Below are positions 1 through 8,535 of a stretch of 64,000 bases of DNA, in pieces (positions within the stretch are counted from its first letter, which is position 1; each line of letters begins with the position of its first letter). The stretch spans positions 35,569 to 99,568 of the forward strand of contig JBDRPL010000005.1 in assembly GCA_043827025.1 (NCBI GenBank), in the 5' to 3' direction. A program made the translations under genes and the position numbers. Origin of the DNA: Candidatus Micrarchaeota archaeon (lineage in GTDB: Archaea > Micrarchaeota > Micrarchaeia > Anstonellales > Bilamarchaeaceae). The notes under the pieces were generated by a model that saw only the letters and a program-made list of their open reading frames with translations, was not told where the DNA came from and did not search any database.

Positions 1-22
1 ACCCGACTAATGCGCCTTAATG

Positions 23-151
23 TCACTTCCTTTTCTTCTTTAGTTCATTCATGGCCCTTTTTGCGGTTCCGCATATCCAGTATTTCTTGTCAAAATCTTC
101 CTTGCTGAGAATCATTGCCTTTGTCATTTCCTTTGGAGTTGGTTTTTTCAT
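23..151 (-). CDS. hypothetical small basic protein (42 aa), window edge
   Basis: ATG...TGA ORF read manually from the reverse strand (MKKPTPKEMTKAMILSKEDFDKKYWICGTAKRAMNELKKKRK); below the ORF-track size cutoff; no recognisable family. Confidence 0.2.
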   Translation of the reverse strand: MKKPTPKEMTKAMILSKEDFDKKYWICGTAKRAMNELKKKRK

Positions 152-266
152 GATTTTAAAACGCGGCAAACATATTTAATAACAGCCCAAGGGGGCGAGT
201 ATGGCTAATCAAGATTGCCCCCTTAGTCCGTTACCGCCCAAACCCCCTTATTATAAACGAGTCAAT

Positions 267-1079
267 TTATTTTTTCTTTTCTTCTATGTACTTCTTAACG
301 GTATTGCCAAAAGTAGTCCACCAATACGAATAGGTTAATCTTTCTACTCCATGTTCATCTTTTTTCATCGCAGTATTGAGTTTTAAAATTCCTAAATCTA
401 ATAGCCTATATATCGAATCTCTTTTTTCTATGGGAGGGGGCATGAAATTTTTTTGCTTACCATGAATTTGTATGAGATAAAGGCCTTCATCATCTATTGA
501 CTCCGCTGCAAACCTAACAATTTTTCCTTTGTAATGCTCTTGATTTTTTAATGCTTCTTTGAGTATTTTCTGAACAAACTCTTCGTCGAGTGGCTCCACA
601 AATTCATTATAATTTGGACTTTGTATATAAAGTGATTCTCTTTCTTCTGATTCGGATTTTGGCCTTATAATTACAATATCCCACGGGTCTCTAATTGCCC
701 TAGCTATTCCTAGTTCATGCATTACACTTAGATTAATATGCTTGGTTCTCGTGTCTTTGGAAATATCAAAAAAGAGCATTTTAGCATTAATAATGCGATT
801 AACTACTTTGTCATCAGTATCAATTGCTACTTTTTCAGTATTTGATAGTTCTGTTCCAGATTTAAATTCATTTTCTTGATTTTCATTTTTTAGTCTCTTA
901 GTCGTGTCTTCAATTATCTTGTATTTGTTATCTTTATTCTTATCAAATGGCATACATACAAATAATTCGCTTATCTGTTCACTTTCCCAAAATCTTTTAG
1001 CATTTGGACTTACGATCATCATATGAACACCTATAATCACATTTCCTATATTCAAAACATATTTAATTCTTAACAGCAA
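267..1079 (-). CDS. hypothetical protein; N-terminal region has a TIR / nucleoside 2-deoxyribosyltransferase-like signature
   Basis: 270 aa ORF; motifs ELFVCMPFDKNKDN (beta-strand then acidic loop) and NLSVMHELGIARAI (conserved Glu in helix) recall the TIR/NDT-like fold; C-terminal 150 aa unassigned; real start probably at the internal Met (MIVSPNAKRF...). Confidence 0.5.
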   Translation of the reverse strand: MLLRIKYVLNIGNVIIGVHMMIVSPNAKRFWESEQISELFVCMPFDKNKDNKYKIIEDTTKRLKNENQENEFKSGTELSNTEKVAIDTDDKVVNRIINAKMLFFDISKDTRTKHINLSVMHELGIARAIRDPWDIVIIRPKSESEERESLYIQSPNYNEFVEPLDEEFVQKILKEALKNQEHYKGKIVRFAAESIDDEGLYLIQIHGKQKNFMPPPIEKRDSIYRLLDLGILKLNTAMKKDEHGVERLTYSYWWTTFGNTVKKYIEEKKK

Positions 1080-1102
1080 TAAGTCATTGGGAGGCTATCA
1101 TC

Positions 1103-2341
1103 ATGGATGAGTTGAAAAAAACAGACCCTGCAGTCTACGACCTGGTTCAGAAGGAATTGGATTATGAAAGGAAGACCTTGAGATTGATTCCATCGGAGAA
1201 TTATGTCTCCAAGGCTGTTTTAGAAGCAACTGGCTCTATTTTTGCCAATAAATATGCAGAAGGCTACCCTAGAAAGAGATACTATGCTGGCCAGAAATAC
1301 GTTGATGAAGTTGAGGAATTAGCAATAGAAAGGGCAAAGAAGCTGTTTGGCGTTGATTATGTCAATGTGCAACCTAATTCCGGTTCGCCTGCAAACATGG
1401 CAGCCTATTTTGCCATGCTTGAACATGGAGATACTATGATGGGTTTGGAATTATCCCAAGGAGGCCATCTGACCCATGGCTCACCTGTCAATTTCTCAGG
1501 CAAAACCTACAAGGTCGTTTCATACAAGCTTGATAAAACAACAGAAAGGCTTGATTTTGATGAGATACGAAAACTTGCAGTAGAAAGCAAGCCAAAGGTG
1601 ATTGTCTGCGGTTTCACTGCTTATCCTTACCAAGTTGATTTTCAGAAATTCAGGGAAATCGCTGATGAAGTTGGTGCTTATTTGATGGCAGATATTTCGC
1701 ACATTGCAGGCTTGATTGTAGGTGGTGTTCATCCTTCGCCGGTTTCTTATGCGGATATCATTACATCCACAACTCACAAGACACTGAGAGGGCCAAGAGG
1801 AGCAATAATAATGACGAATAGCGAAGAACTTGCAAAGAAAGTGGACAAGGCAATCTTCCCTGGAATTCAGGGTGGCCCTCAAATCCATTCAATTGCCGCA
1901 AAAGCAGTCTGCTTCCACGAGGCTCTACAACCGTCTTTTAAGGAATATGCTCATCAGATAGTGAAAAATGCAAAGGCATTGGCTGAAGATCTGTCAAAGC
2001 TTGGCATTAGATTAGTTGGAGGCGGGACAGAAACTCATTTGATACTGTTTGACACCCTGTCTTCCAAGAAAATAACTGGAAAAGAAGCGCATGAAGCGTT
2101 GGAAGAGGCAGGAATCATCGTGAACAAGAATACAATTCCTTATGATACGCAAAAGCCATTTATAGGTTCAGGTGTTCGAATAGGAACACCATCAGTGACT
2201 ACAATGGGTATGAAGGAGCCTGAGATGAAGAAGGTGGCAGAGCTAATTGTTAAGGTTCTTGATCATCCTGCAGATGTTTCTGTGAAGGAACATGTAAGAA
2301 AGGAAGTGGAAGCTCTTTGCGCGAAGTTTCCGATTTACTGA
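1103..2341 (+). CDS. glyA: serine hydroxymethyltransferase
   Basis: 412 aa; canonical SHMT motifs LIPSENYVS, GYPRKRYYAG, TTHKTLRGPRGA (PLP-Lys region); GGAGG Shine-Dalgarno 9 nt upstream of ATG. Confidence 0.95.
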   Translation: MDELKKTDPAVYDLVQKELDYERKTLRLIPSENYVSKAVLEATGSIFANKYAEGYPRKRYYAGQKYVDEVEELAIERAKKLFGVDYVNVQPNSGSPANMAAYFAMLEHGDTMMGLELSQGGHLTHGSPVNFSGKTYKVVSYKLDKTTERLDFDEIRKLAVESKPKVIVCGFTAYPYQVDFQKFREIADEVGAYLMADISHIAGLIVGGVHPSPVSYADIITSTTHKTLRGPRGAIIMTNSEELAKKVDKAIFPGIQGGPQIHSIAAKAVCFHEALQPSFKEYAHQIVKNAKALAEDLSKLGIRLVGGGTETHLILFDTLSSKKITGKEAHEALEEAGIIVNKNTIPYDTQKPFIGSGVRIGTPSVTTMGMKEPEMKKVAELIVKVLDHPADVSVKEHVRKEVEALCAKFPIY

Positions 2342-2358
2342 TTTTTTTTACTTTTTTA

Positions 2359-3273
2359 TTACTTTATTTCCATTATCTCCTTTATCTCATCTTCTGTTTT
2401 CGACATGCAAACCCTTGATCTAAGTTTTGTCGCACCGGGTATTCCTCTGATGAAACAAAGTGCCTGTGCCTTTAGGTCTCCGACGCTTCGTTTAATCCCA
2501 AGCTCACGGACTGTTTTTAGATATTCATCAAATGCCTTCAATCTCATTTCCGGAGTAACCTCAAAATCCTTCTTTTGTTTGCACTGCTTGAAGATGAATG
2601 GGTTGCCTAATGCTGCACGGCCAATCATCACTGCATCGCAACCTGTTTCATCAAACATTCGTTTTGCACTCGAATAATCAACAACATCCCCATTCCCGAA
2701 AACAGGAATCGAAAGCGCATCTTTGATTTGCTTTATCATATTCCAATCAGCCTTTCCAGAATAAATTTGATCTAAGGTTCTTCCGTGAACTGCGAGTGCA
2801 GATGCTCCGCTTTTTTCAATCAGTTTCGCAATCTCAACAGCCTTGTCCTTTGTCTTTATTCCAAGTCTCATCTTCGCAGTTACTGGCTTTTTGATTGTTG
2901 AAACAATCTCGCCAATTATCTCATTGATTAGTTTTGGCTTGTCTAACAATGATGCCCCGCCGCCACCTCTCAATACTTTTGGAGCTGGACAACCCAGATT
3001 AATATCAATTACGTCCGCCTTTTTCTCTAGTATGTGGGAAGCCTTTGCCATTACGCTTGGCTTTGAGCCGAAAATCTGTATTCCGCAAGGCCTTTCCTCA
3101 TCTGAAATGAAAAGCATTTCCTGCGTCTTCTTATTTTCCCTTACAACTGCTTCAGCTGAAACGAATTCCGTTACAACATAATCAGCGCCGTATCTTCTGC
3201 ACATCCATCTAAATGCAGCATCAGTATGCGATGCCATTGGAGAAAGAATGTACTTGATTTTTGAGAAATCCAT
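2359..3273 (-). CDS. dus: tRNA-dihydrouridine synthase (Dus family, TIM-barrel flavoenzyme)
   Basis: 304 aa; Dus motifs IQIFGSKP, DINLGCPAPKV, KMRLG. Confidence 0.9.
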   Translation of the reverse strand: MDFSKIKYILSPMASHTDAAFRWMCRRYGADYVVTEFVSAEAVVRENKKTQEMLFISDEERPCGIQIFGSKPSVMAKASHILEKKADVIDINLGCPAPKVLRGGGGASLLDKPKLINEIIGEIVSTIKKPVTAKMRLGIKTKDKAVEIAKLIEKSGASALAVHGRTLDQIYSGKADWNMIKQIKDALSIPVFGNGDVVDYSSAKRMFDETGCDAVMIGRAALGNPFIFKQCKQKKDFEVTPEMRLKAFDEYLKTVRELGIKRSVGDLKAQALCFIRGIPGATKLRSRVCMSKTEDEIKEIMEIK

Positions 3274-3307
3274 CTTTTTACCTATAATTTTTATGAAGAT
3301 AAAATTT

Positions 3308-3516
3308 TGCGGCCATCGGGAATTGAACCCGATCTATCAGCTCTTACCTTTTAGGAAAAGGTAAGTCCAAAACCCGTTTGTTCAGGTTTTTTGTTTAGCC
3401 TTTTTTTCCTTTTTGATGAAACTTTTTAGGCATCCCGAAAAAGTTTCTTGGGAAGCTGAAGTCATACCGTTGTCCGTTTATAGATAAAGAATCTATAATC
3501 TGTAGACCATGGCCGC
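3308..3516 (-). tRNA. candidate tRNA-Gly(CCC) interrupted by two putative introns (about 30 nt after position 26 and about 107 nt in the anticodon loop)
   Basis: Reverse strand shows a perfect T-arm plus acceptor 3' strand (TCGGG-TTCAATT-CCCGA-TGGCCGC-A) at 3308-3335. The complementary acceptor 5' strand GCGGCCA lies about 200 nt upstream (3510-3516), followed by a TG-GTCT...AGAT D-arm resembling archaeal tRNA-Gly 5' ends. An internal segment TCAGC-TTCCCAA(G)...GCTGA gives an anticodon stem-loop with CCC. Exon boundaries were estimated by eye and the D-loop lacks GG. Confidence 0.45.
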
Positions 3517-3671
3517 ATATCATGTATATTCATCTTCTTGTTTTTCATTTGTTCGCTTGGGCCCCTTTGAGAGGCTATTCGTTCTATTTTACTTATAATG
3601 TACATAGAATTTTATATACTAATGTTGGGGAAAATAAGAAAAAGAATAAAAAGTTAGAGGTTGTTGCCAGG

Positions 3672-4532
3672 TCACTGTATTGCCAATTGATCTACGTTCT
3701 TGAACAAAGGCAATCCATTGTTCTGGATTGGAACGTAGATGACGCTCTTCTGGTCCTTTAGGTTCTGTATCCAATACCAGGTAAGGTAAGAATCAGTCAA
3801 AGAGTTTGCGATTATTGTTTGACTCTCTGAGATACCTCTTGCTTCTATGACCTTTCTTTCAGCTTCGCTCTGCTCTTTCTGAAGGACGAATTGCATCCTT
3901 TTAGCATCCTGCTCTGCAGTCAGCTTTGTTTCGATTGCAGTCTGTATCTGGTCAGGAAGTACAATATCCCTTATAAGCACATCTTCAATTACGATTCCTC
4001 TGTCTATGAGTTTCGCTTTTATGTTGCTTGTCAGGCTTGATTGTAACACCACTCTTTTATCAGTAGTATAAAGGTCCTCTGCATTATATGTTGCAACAAG
4101 ATCCCTTGCAGTTGCCCTTGCAACTGGTTTGATAAGCACATTTGCATAGTCAGTGCCTACACTTTTGTAAAGTGATGGTGCATCGTTAGATTCAACGTGG
4201 TATAATACACTTAGGTCAAGCTTGACTGTAAGACCTTCTGCTGTAATAACATCTAAGCCTATATCATCTCCGCCCCTGTGCATATTATAGCTCATTGTCC
4301 TTAGGTTGTAGTGAGTTACAGTTTGCCACGGCATCATCACGTAGAATCCTTCGCCCAATGTCTTAGCCTGGACACCTCCTGCGAACGGATCATAAATAAC
4401 ACCCATATTACCCGCCTCAATCACTACAAAAATATTTCCAAGTATGAGAAGCAGCACGAACAGCACAACCAATGCTACAAACATTCCGCCAATCAGTTTT
4501 CCGATATTATCAAATAGTCCAAAACCCATCAA
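3672..4532 (-). CDS. SPFH/band-7 (stomatin/prohibitin/HflKC-like) membrane protein
   Basis: 286 aa; N-terminal TM helix, SPFH core, C-terminal coiled-coil (QTAIETKLTAEQDAKRMQ...). Confidence 0.85.
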   Translation of the reverse strand: MMGFGLFDNIGKLIGGMFVALVVLFVLLLILGNIFVVIEAGNMGVIYDPFAGGVQAKTLGEGFYVMMPWQTVTHYNLRTMSYNMHRGGDDIGLDVITAEGLTVKLDLSVLYHVESNDAPSLYKSVGTDYANVLIKPVARATARDLVATYNAEDLYTTDKRVVLQSSLTSNIKAKLIDRGIVIEDVLIRDIVLPDQIQTAIETKLTAEQDAKRMQFVLQKEQSEAERKVIEARGISESQTIIANSLTDSYLTWYWIQNLKDQKSVIYVPIQNNGLPLFKNVDQLAIQ

Positions 4533-4691
4533 TCATCATCCTCTTTGAGCGATCCAAAAATCGCTGCTAGCTGACCAATCTTCTGAAAATATTGTTGGTT
4601 GGCTATAGTTGAAGTATCAAGGTAAAGGTATAAAAATATTCCTAGATGCCGTTGATGCTAAAAATAGTGTTAAAATAAAAAAAATTAATTA

Positions 4692-5144
4692 TTATTCAGC
4701 TTCGCCTGATTTCCTGAACAGTCTTACTGTTTTTGATTTAACTGAAACAGGGATTGGGACAGCTACTTCGATGAGCTCTACGGTTATCTCATCTTTTGCA
4801 TCGTCGATTTTGACTACCTTTGCCTTTTCCCCTTTGAAAGGCCCTGAAATCATCTCGACAATATCCTTTATTTCGATTGTCACAGCGGGTTTGCTTGCTG
4901 ATGTCACAAGACCTTTTATATCTTCTGAAGCCATTGTCTTTGGTAAAAGCCCTTTTATGTGTTTGACTTTCTGGACCAAGCGAACAACTGCGTTCTCTTC
5001 AGGAGATTCTATGAATAAGTATCCTTTCACGCTGTCAACATAAACTATTGAATGTATGTTGGGTTCCTGCTCCTTTGCCTTTTTTCTGAGTATCTCGACA
5101 ATTATTTTTTCTTGTCCTGATGTTACTCTTGCTGTGAATATCAT
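4692..5144 (-). CDS. spt5: transcription elongation factor Spt5 (archaeal NusG)
   Basis: 150 aa; NGN domain plus KOW motif ISGPFKGEKAKVVKID; sits immediately downstream of secE as in most archaea. Confidence 0.9.
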   Translation of the reverse strand: MIFTARVTSGQEKIIVEILRKKAKEQEPNIHSIVYVDSVKGYLFIESPEENAVVRLVQKVKHIKGLLPKTMASEDIKGLVTSASKPAVTIEIKDIVEMISGPFKGEKAKVVKIDDAKDEITVELIEVAVPIPVSVKSKTVRLFRKSGEAE

Positions 5145-5153
5145 ATTTATACC

Positions 5154-5318
5154 TCACCCTATGAATCCGAATATTACTGCAACCACTACGCCGACGAGAC
5201 CAATAACTATAACTCCTATGGAAGTCACCTTTGCAACCTTTGTGAATTCGTCATGAGTAGGCTTCCTTGAGATTATCAATATCCTCAAACATCTTTTTAC
5301 AAGTTCTGTCAAATTCAT
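5154..5318 (-). CDS. secE: protein translocase subunit SecE / Sec61-gamma
   Basis: Manually translated 54-aa ORF absent from the ORF track (<60 aa): MNLTELVKRCLRILIISRKPTHDEFTKVAKVTSIGVIVIGLVGVVVAVIFGFIG, an amphipathic N-terminus plus a single C-terminal TM helix; conserved position between ftsZ and spt5. Confidence 0.8.
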   Translation of the reverse strand: MNLTELVKRCLRILIISRKPTHDEFTKVAKVTSIGVIVIGLVGVVVAVIFGFIG

Positions 5319-5323
5319 ACGTA

Positions 5324-6454
5324 TTACCCTATTATATCAATATCAAGACCGTCCAGTTCCTGATCTACAGTCTTTGTTTCCTTCTTAGTAAATCTTACTC
5401 CCGCAAGAACTATTAATACTCGCATTGACGACTTTTTCATATTTTCTTCTATCCTTGAACCCCAAATTATATGGGCATTCGGATTTATTCTTCTTGAAGT
5501 CTCTGCTACGATATATTCAGCTTCCTTTAATGTCATATCCTCTCCGCCTACGACATTAACAAGAGCTTTGGTGCACGAGTCTATCTCTGCATCAAGCAAT
5601 GGCGAATTCAATGCAGTGTCAATTGCTATCCTGCACCTTTCATCCCCTTTTGCATCAAGCGAAGCTTCTCCTAAACCAATTACTGCAAATCCTCCGCTGG
5701 ACAGTATTGTCCTAAGATCTGCAAAATCCACGTTTACAAGTCCTGATTTGGTGACCAGTTCTGTAATTCCTTTGACTGCACCTGCAAGAACTTCATCACA
5801 GACTTTGAACGCAGTATTAAGCGGAAGGTCTGGGACAAGGTTCAGGAGTTTGTCATTTTTTATTACTATGAGTGTGTCAGTGAATTTCTTGAGTTTTTCA
5901 AGGCCGGTCATTGCATTTTCCATCCTTATTTTTCCTTCTGAAGTGAAGGGCAATGTTACTACTCCTACTGTCAATGCGCCTGCTGCCTTTGCCTGCTCTG
6001 CAATTATTGGTGCGCTTCCTGTTCCTGTGCCGCCACCTAACCCGCAGGTTATGAATACTAATGAACCATCGCTTATTACATTTTTTATTTCTGACAGGGC
6101 CTCCTTTGCAGCTTCTTCTCCGACTGTAGGGTTGCTTCCAGCGCCCTTTCCTCCACTAACCTTTTTTCCTAAAATGATCTTTTTGTTTGCCCTTACCTTT
6201 AACAGATGTCGAGCATCAGTATTCATTGCAATTAGTTTCACACCATCGATTCCCAATTCAAATAATCTGTCAAGCGTGTTGCTTCCGCTTCCCCCAGACC
6301 CAACGATATATATTTTCTGCTTGTTTTCTTCTATGAATTTCAGTATTTCATCGTTGCTGTCAGCCTCGTCAGTGATGTCTTTTATAAGCTCGCTGTTCGT
6401 GGCATCTGCAACCATGATTTTTTCCGGGGTTTGAGTCTGTGGGACTTCTGACAC
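5324..6454 (-). CDS. ftsZ: cell division GTPase FtsZ
   Basis: 376 aa; tubulin/FtsZ signature GGGTGTGSAPIIAE and IYIVGSGGSG. Confidence 0.95.
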   Translation of the reverse strand: MSEVPQTQTPEKIMVADATNSELIKDITDEADSNDEILKFIEENKQKIYIVGSGGSGSNTLDRLFELGIDGVKLIAMNTDARHLLKVRANKKIILGKKVSGGKGAGSNPTVGEEAAKEALSEIKNVISDGSLVFITCGLGGGTGTGSAPIIAEQAKAAGALTVGVVTLPFTSEGKIRMENAMTGLEKLKKFTDTLIVIKNDKLLNLVPDLPLNTAFKVCDEVLAGAVKGITELVTKSGLVNVDFADLRTILSSGGFAVIGLGEASLDAKGDERCRIAIDTALNSPLLDAEIDSCTKALVNVVGGEDMTLKEAEYIVAETSRRINPNAHIIWGSRIEENMKKSSMRVLIVLAGVRFTKKETKTVDQELDGLDIDIIG

Positions 6455-6576
6455 TTGTAATCACCTATAAAAATAGATGCTAGATACTTGAAGCAAAAGG
6501 TATTTATATGTACCTTTTCTTGCATTCAGAATTCAAAATTCAAGACCCGAAACTCGAGACAGGAAACAATAATTGA

Positions 6577-6650
6577 CGCCCCCACTGAGATTTGAACTCA
6601 GGTTCCAGGATCCGCAATCCAGTGTTCTGTCCAGGCTATACTATGGGGGC
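6577..6650 (-). tRNA. tRNA, probably Arg(GCG); anticodon assignment tentative
   Basis: Reverse strand GCCCCCA...CTGAG-TTCAAAT-CTCAG-TGGGGGC-G gives a perfect 7-bp acceptor stem and T-arm. The best anticodon stem-loop is CTGGA-TTGCGGA-TCCTG with one U-U mismatch. The D-stem is irregular by eye. Confidence 0.7.
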
Positions 6651-6812
6651 TTCAAAGGATTAAGATGTGACACAAATGTTTAAATATGTAATGTTATAAA
6701 TTAGAGTTCTCTTTATTCTCAGATAACAAGGTAATTCCAATTGCTTTGCCTTAGGTTCTCTGCGGTTTGGATGAGAATGGGTGAATCCTGAATGGGATTC
6801 AGTGAAGGTGAA

Positions 6813-6959
6813 ATGATGAAATTATGTAGCTCATGTAACAGAATGACTAAGAACTTTGCTGCGTTCCCCTCGCCAGTCGGCGAAGGCGAAATAGTCAGAT
6901 GCTATTACTGCAGGGAAAACAAGAACCCTTACAAATACGGAGAGTTCCAGGGTCCCTAG
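6813..6959 (+). CDS. small zinc-ribbon protein (C-x2-C...C-x2-C), 48 aa
   Basis: Manually found ORF MMKLCSSCNRMTKNFAAFPSPVGEGEIVRCYYCRENKNPYKYGEFQGP; it sits directly upstream of aEF-1beta, the conserved position of the small zinc-finger gene found next to EF-1beta in many archaea. Confidence 0.5.
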   Translation: MMKLCSSCNRMTKNFAAFPSPVGEGEIVRCYYCRENKNPYKYGEFQGP

Positions 6960-6967
6960 GTGAATGA

Positions 6968-7228
6968 ATGTCTGACGAATTCAACGTATCTTTGACGCTT
7001 AAGATCTATCTTGAGGATTATAGCAAGATGGACCATGTGAAAAAAAACATATCTGAGAAGTACAAGGTTTCCAAATTTTGGGAAGAGGATATTGGTTTTG
7101 GAATAAAAGCCCTCAAGGCTTCACTTCTTTTGAACGATGGCAAAGGCGGAGCTGATGCGGTCGAGGAGTATCTGATGTCGCTTGAAGGAGTCAGCCAAGT
7201 CCAAGTAGAAGATATGTCTAGAATATAG
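6968..7228 (+). CDS. ef1b: translation elongation factor aEF-1 beta
   Basis: 86 aa; matches the archaeal EF-1beta pattern (EEDIGFGIKALKASLLLNDGKGGADAVEEYL...VQVEDMSRI); ends in TAG. Confidence 0.85.
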   Translation: MSDEFNVSLTLKIYLEDYSKMDHVKKNISEKYKVSKFWEEDIGFGIKALKASLLLNDGKGGADAVEEYLMSLEGVSQVQVEDMSRI

Positions 7229-7237
7229 GGTGTATTT

Positions 7238-7915
7238 ATGGGATTACCAAAGAAAAGAGAGAAAAAGGAAACTAAGAAAGAAATTGTAAAAACGTCTAAA
7301 CACGGCGAGAAGAAAGTAGAGGGAGCAGTAGAATTTAGGGGTATCGTAAGAATCGCAGGAAGAGATATCCGAGGTCAAGTCCAGCTTAAAAGGGCTATCT
7401 ACAAGGTCGTAGGGATCGGTTCCACATTGGCGATTGCAGCACAAAGAGTTATAGAGCGTGAGTTGACCATACCTGGAGAAACGCAGGTTGGAAACCTTAG
7501 TGAAGATCAAGTTGCAAACGTAGATGAGATACTATTCCATCTTCATAAATACAATGTTCCAAGATTTTTATTGAATTCAAGAAGAGGTGTGACCAACGGG
7601 AAAGATGAACATTTCATCATGAGCGACCTTGACTTTGCATTCAAGCAAAGCATCGAAACTGAGAAGAAATTGTTTTCATGGAAGGGTTACAGGCATGCTT
7701 ATGGCCAAAGAGTAAGAGGCCAAAGAACAAGAAATACTGGCAGAAAAGGTATGGCATTGGGTGTTATGAGAAAATCAATCATTGCAGCCTCTGCATCTGC
7801 CAAGGCTAGTCCAAAAGGGTCTGCAGGAGCGCCTGCAGCAGCAAAAGCACCATCGGGAGCAGCAAAGGAAGTGCCAAAGGCAGCTGAAAAGAAGCCAGCC
7901 GAAGCAAAGAAATAA
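7238..7915 (+). CDS. rps13: 30S ribosomal protein S13 (uS13) with Lys-rich N-terminal and Ala/Lys-rich C-terminal extensions
   Basis: 225 aa; S13 core GIVRIAGRDIRGQVQLKRAIYKVVGIG...RGQRTRNTGRKG; about 60-aa tail AASASAKASPKGSAGAPAAAKAPSGAAKEVPKAAEKKPAEAKK. Confidence 0.95.
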   Translation: MGLPKKREKKETKKEIVKTSKHGEKKVEGAVEFRGIVRIAGRDIRGQVQLKRAIYKVVGIGSTLAIAAQRVIERELTIPGETQVGNLSEDQVANVDEILFHLHKYNVPRFLLNSRRGVTNGKDEHFIMSDLDFAFKQSIETEKKLFSWKGYRHAYGQRVRGQRTRNTGRKGMALGVMRKSIIAASASAKASPKGSAGAPAAAKAPSGAAKEVPKAAEKKPAEAKK

Positions 7916-7927
7916 AGAGGTAATTGA

Positions 7928-8527
7928 ATGGGAGATCCACCAAAACTAAGAAACAAATATTCTCGTCCAAAACGATTATGGGATGTTGACAGGCTTAAGG
8001 AAGAAAAGGGGCTTAAAAAAGAGTATGGCCTGAAGAACATGAGGGAGCTTTGGGTAGTTGGCGCCAAACTGAAGAAATACAGGCGTGAAGCCAGGCGATT
8101 GCTTTCTCTTCCGGAAGATGAAAGGGAAAGAGACAAGGCAATCATACTCAATAAGCTTGTAAGCATGGGCATTCTTAAGACAGAATCTACTGTTGAAGAT
8201 ATTCTTTCTTTAGGTGTCAAGGCGTTTTTAGAGAGAAGGCTTCAGACAATTGTTTACAAAAAAGGCCTTGCAAGAAGCATTGATCAGAGCAGGCAATTGA
8301 TAACTCATGGATTTGTTTCAGTGAATGGAGGGCGAGTTTCCATTCCGAGTTATTTCGTTGATTCTGGAGATGAGGCAGATATTTCTTATTCAAAGAAAAT
8401 AGATATTGAGCCTCCGAAGGCTGCAGAACCTGTAAAAGAAGCTGCTGCAACGAAGGTAGAGGGCGGAAAACCGAATGAAAATAGTCCTGCAACTCCACAG
8501 CCAAAGGCTGAGGAAGCAGCATCTTAG
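7928..8527 (+). CDS. rps4: 30S ribosomal protein S4 (uS4) with a Pro/Ala/Lys/Glu-rich C-terminal tail
   Basis: 199 aa; S4 N-terminal zinc-less motif SRPKRLWD, S4 RNA-binding domain [37 protein letters not shown]; ends in TAG. Confidence 0.95.
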   Translation: MGDPPKLRNKYSRPKRLWDVDRLKEEKGLKKEYGLKNMRELWVVGAKLKKYRREARRLLSLPEDERERDKAIILNKLVSMGILKTESTVEDILSLGVKAFLERRLQTIVYKKGLARSIDQSRQLITHGFVSVNGGRVSIPSYFVDSGDEADISYSKKIDIEPPKAAEPVKEAAATKVEGGKPNENSPATPQPKAEEAAS

Positions 8528-8535
8528 GTGAAAAA

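Noticed and set aside
186-225. 8-bp GC hairpin (aagggggc...gccccctt) near the window start as a functional element
   Set aside because: Archaeal termination relies mainly on oligo-T tracts; the structure may simply be a terminator-like hairpin downstream of the 267-1079 gene, with too little evidence for a specific function
1520-1888. Antisense ORFs inside strongly supported genes (1520-1888 in glyA, 5568-6434 in ftsZ, 7699-8220 / 8217-8642 / 8390-8677 over rps genes, 42673-43209 in icd, 57719-58072 in carB, and similar)
   Set aside because: They fully overlap conserved genes on the opposite strand and have low-complexity or Cys/Ser-rich artefactual composition; treated as spurious
3522-3761. 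79-aa ORF on the plus strand
   Set aside because: Overlaps the proposed tRNA-Gly exon/intron region and the 3' end of the SPFH gene; AT-rich with no family support
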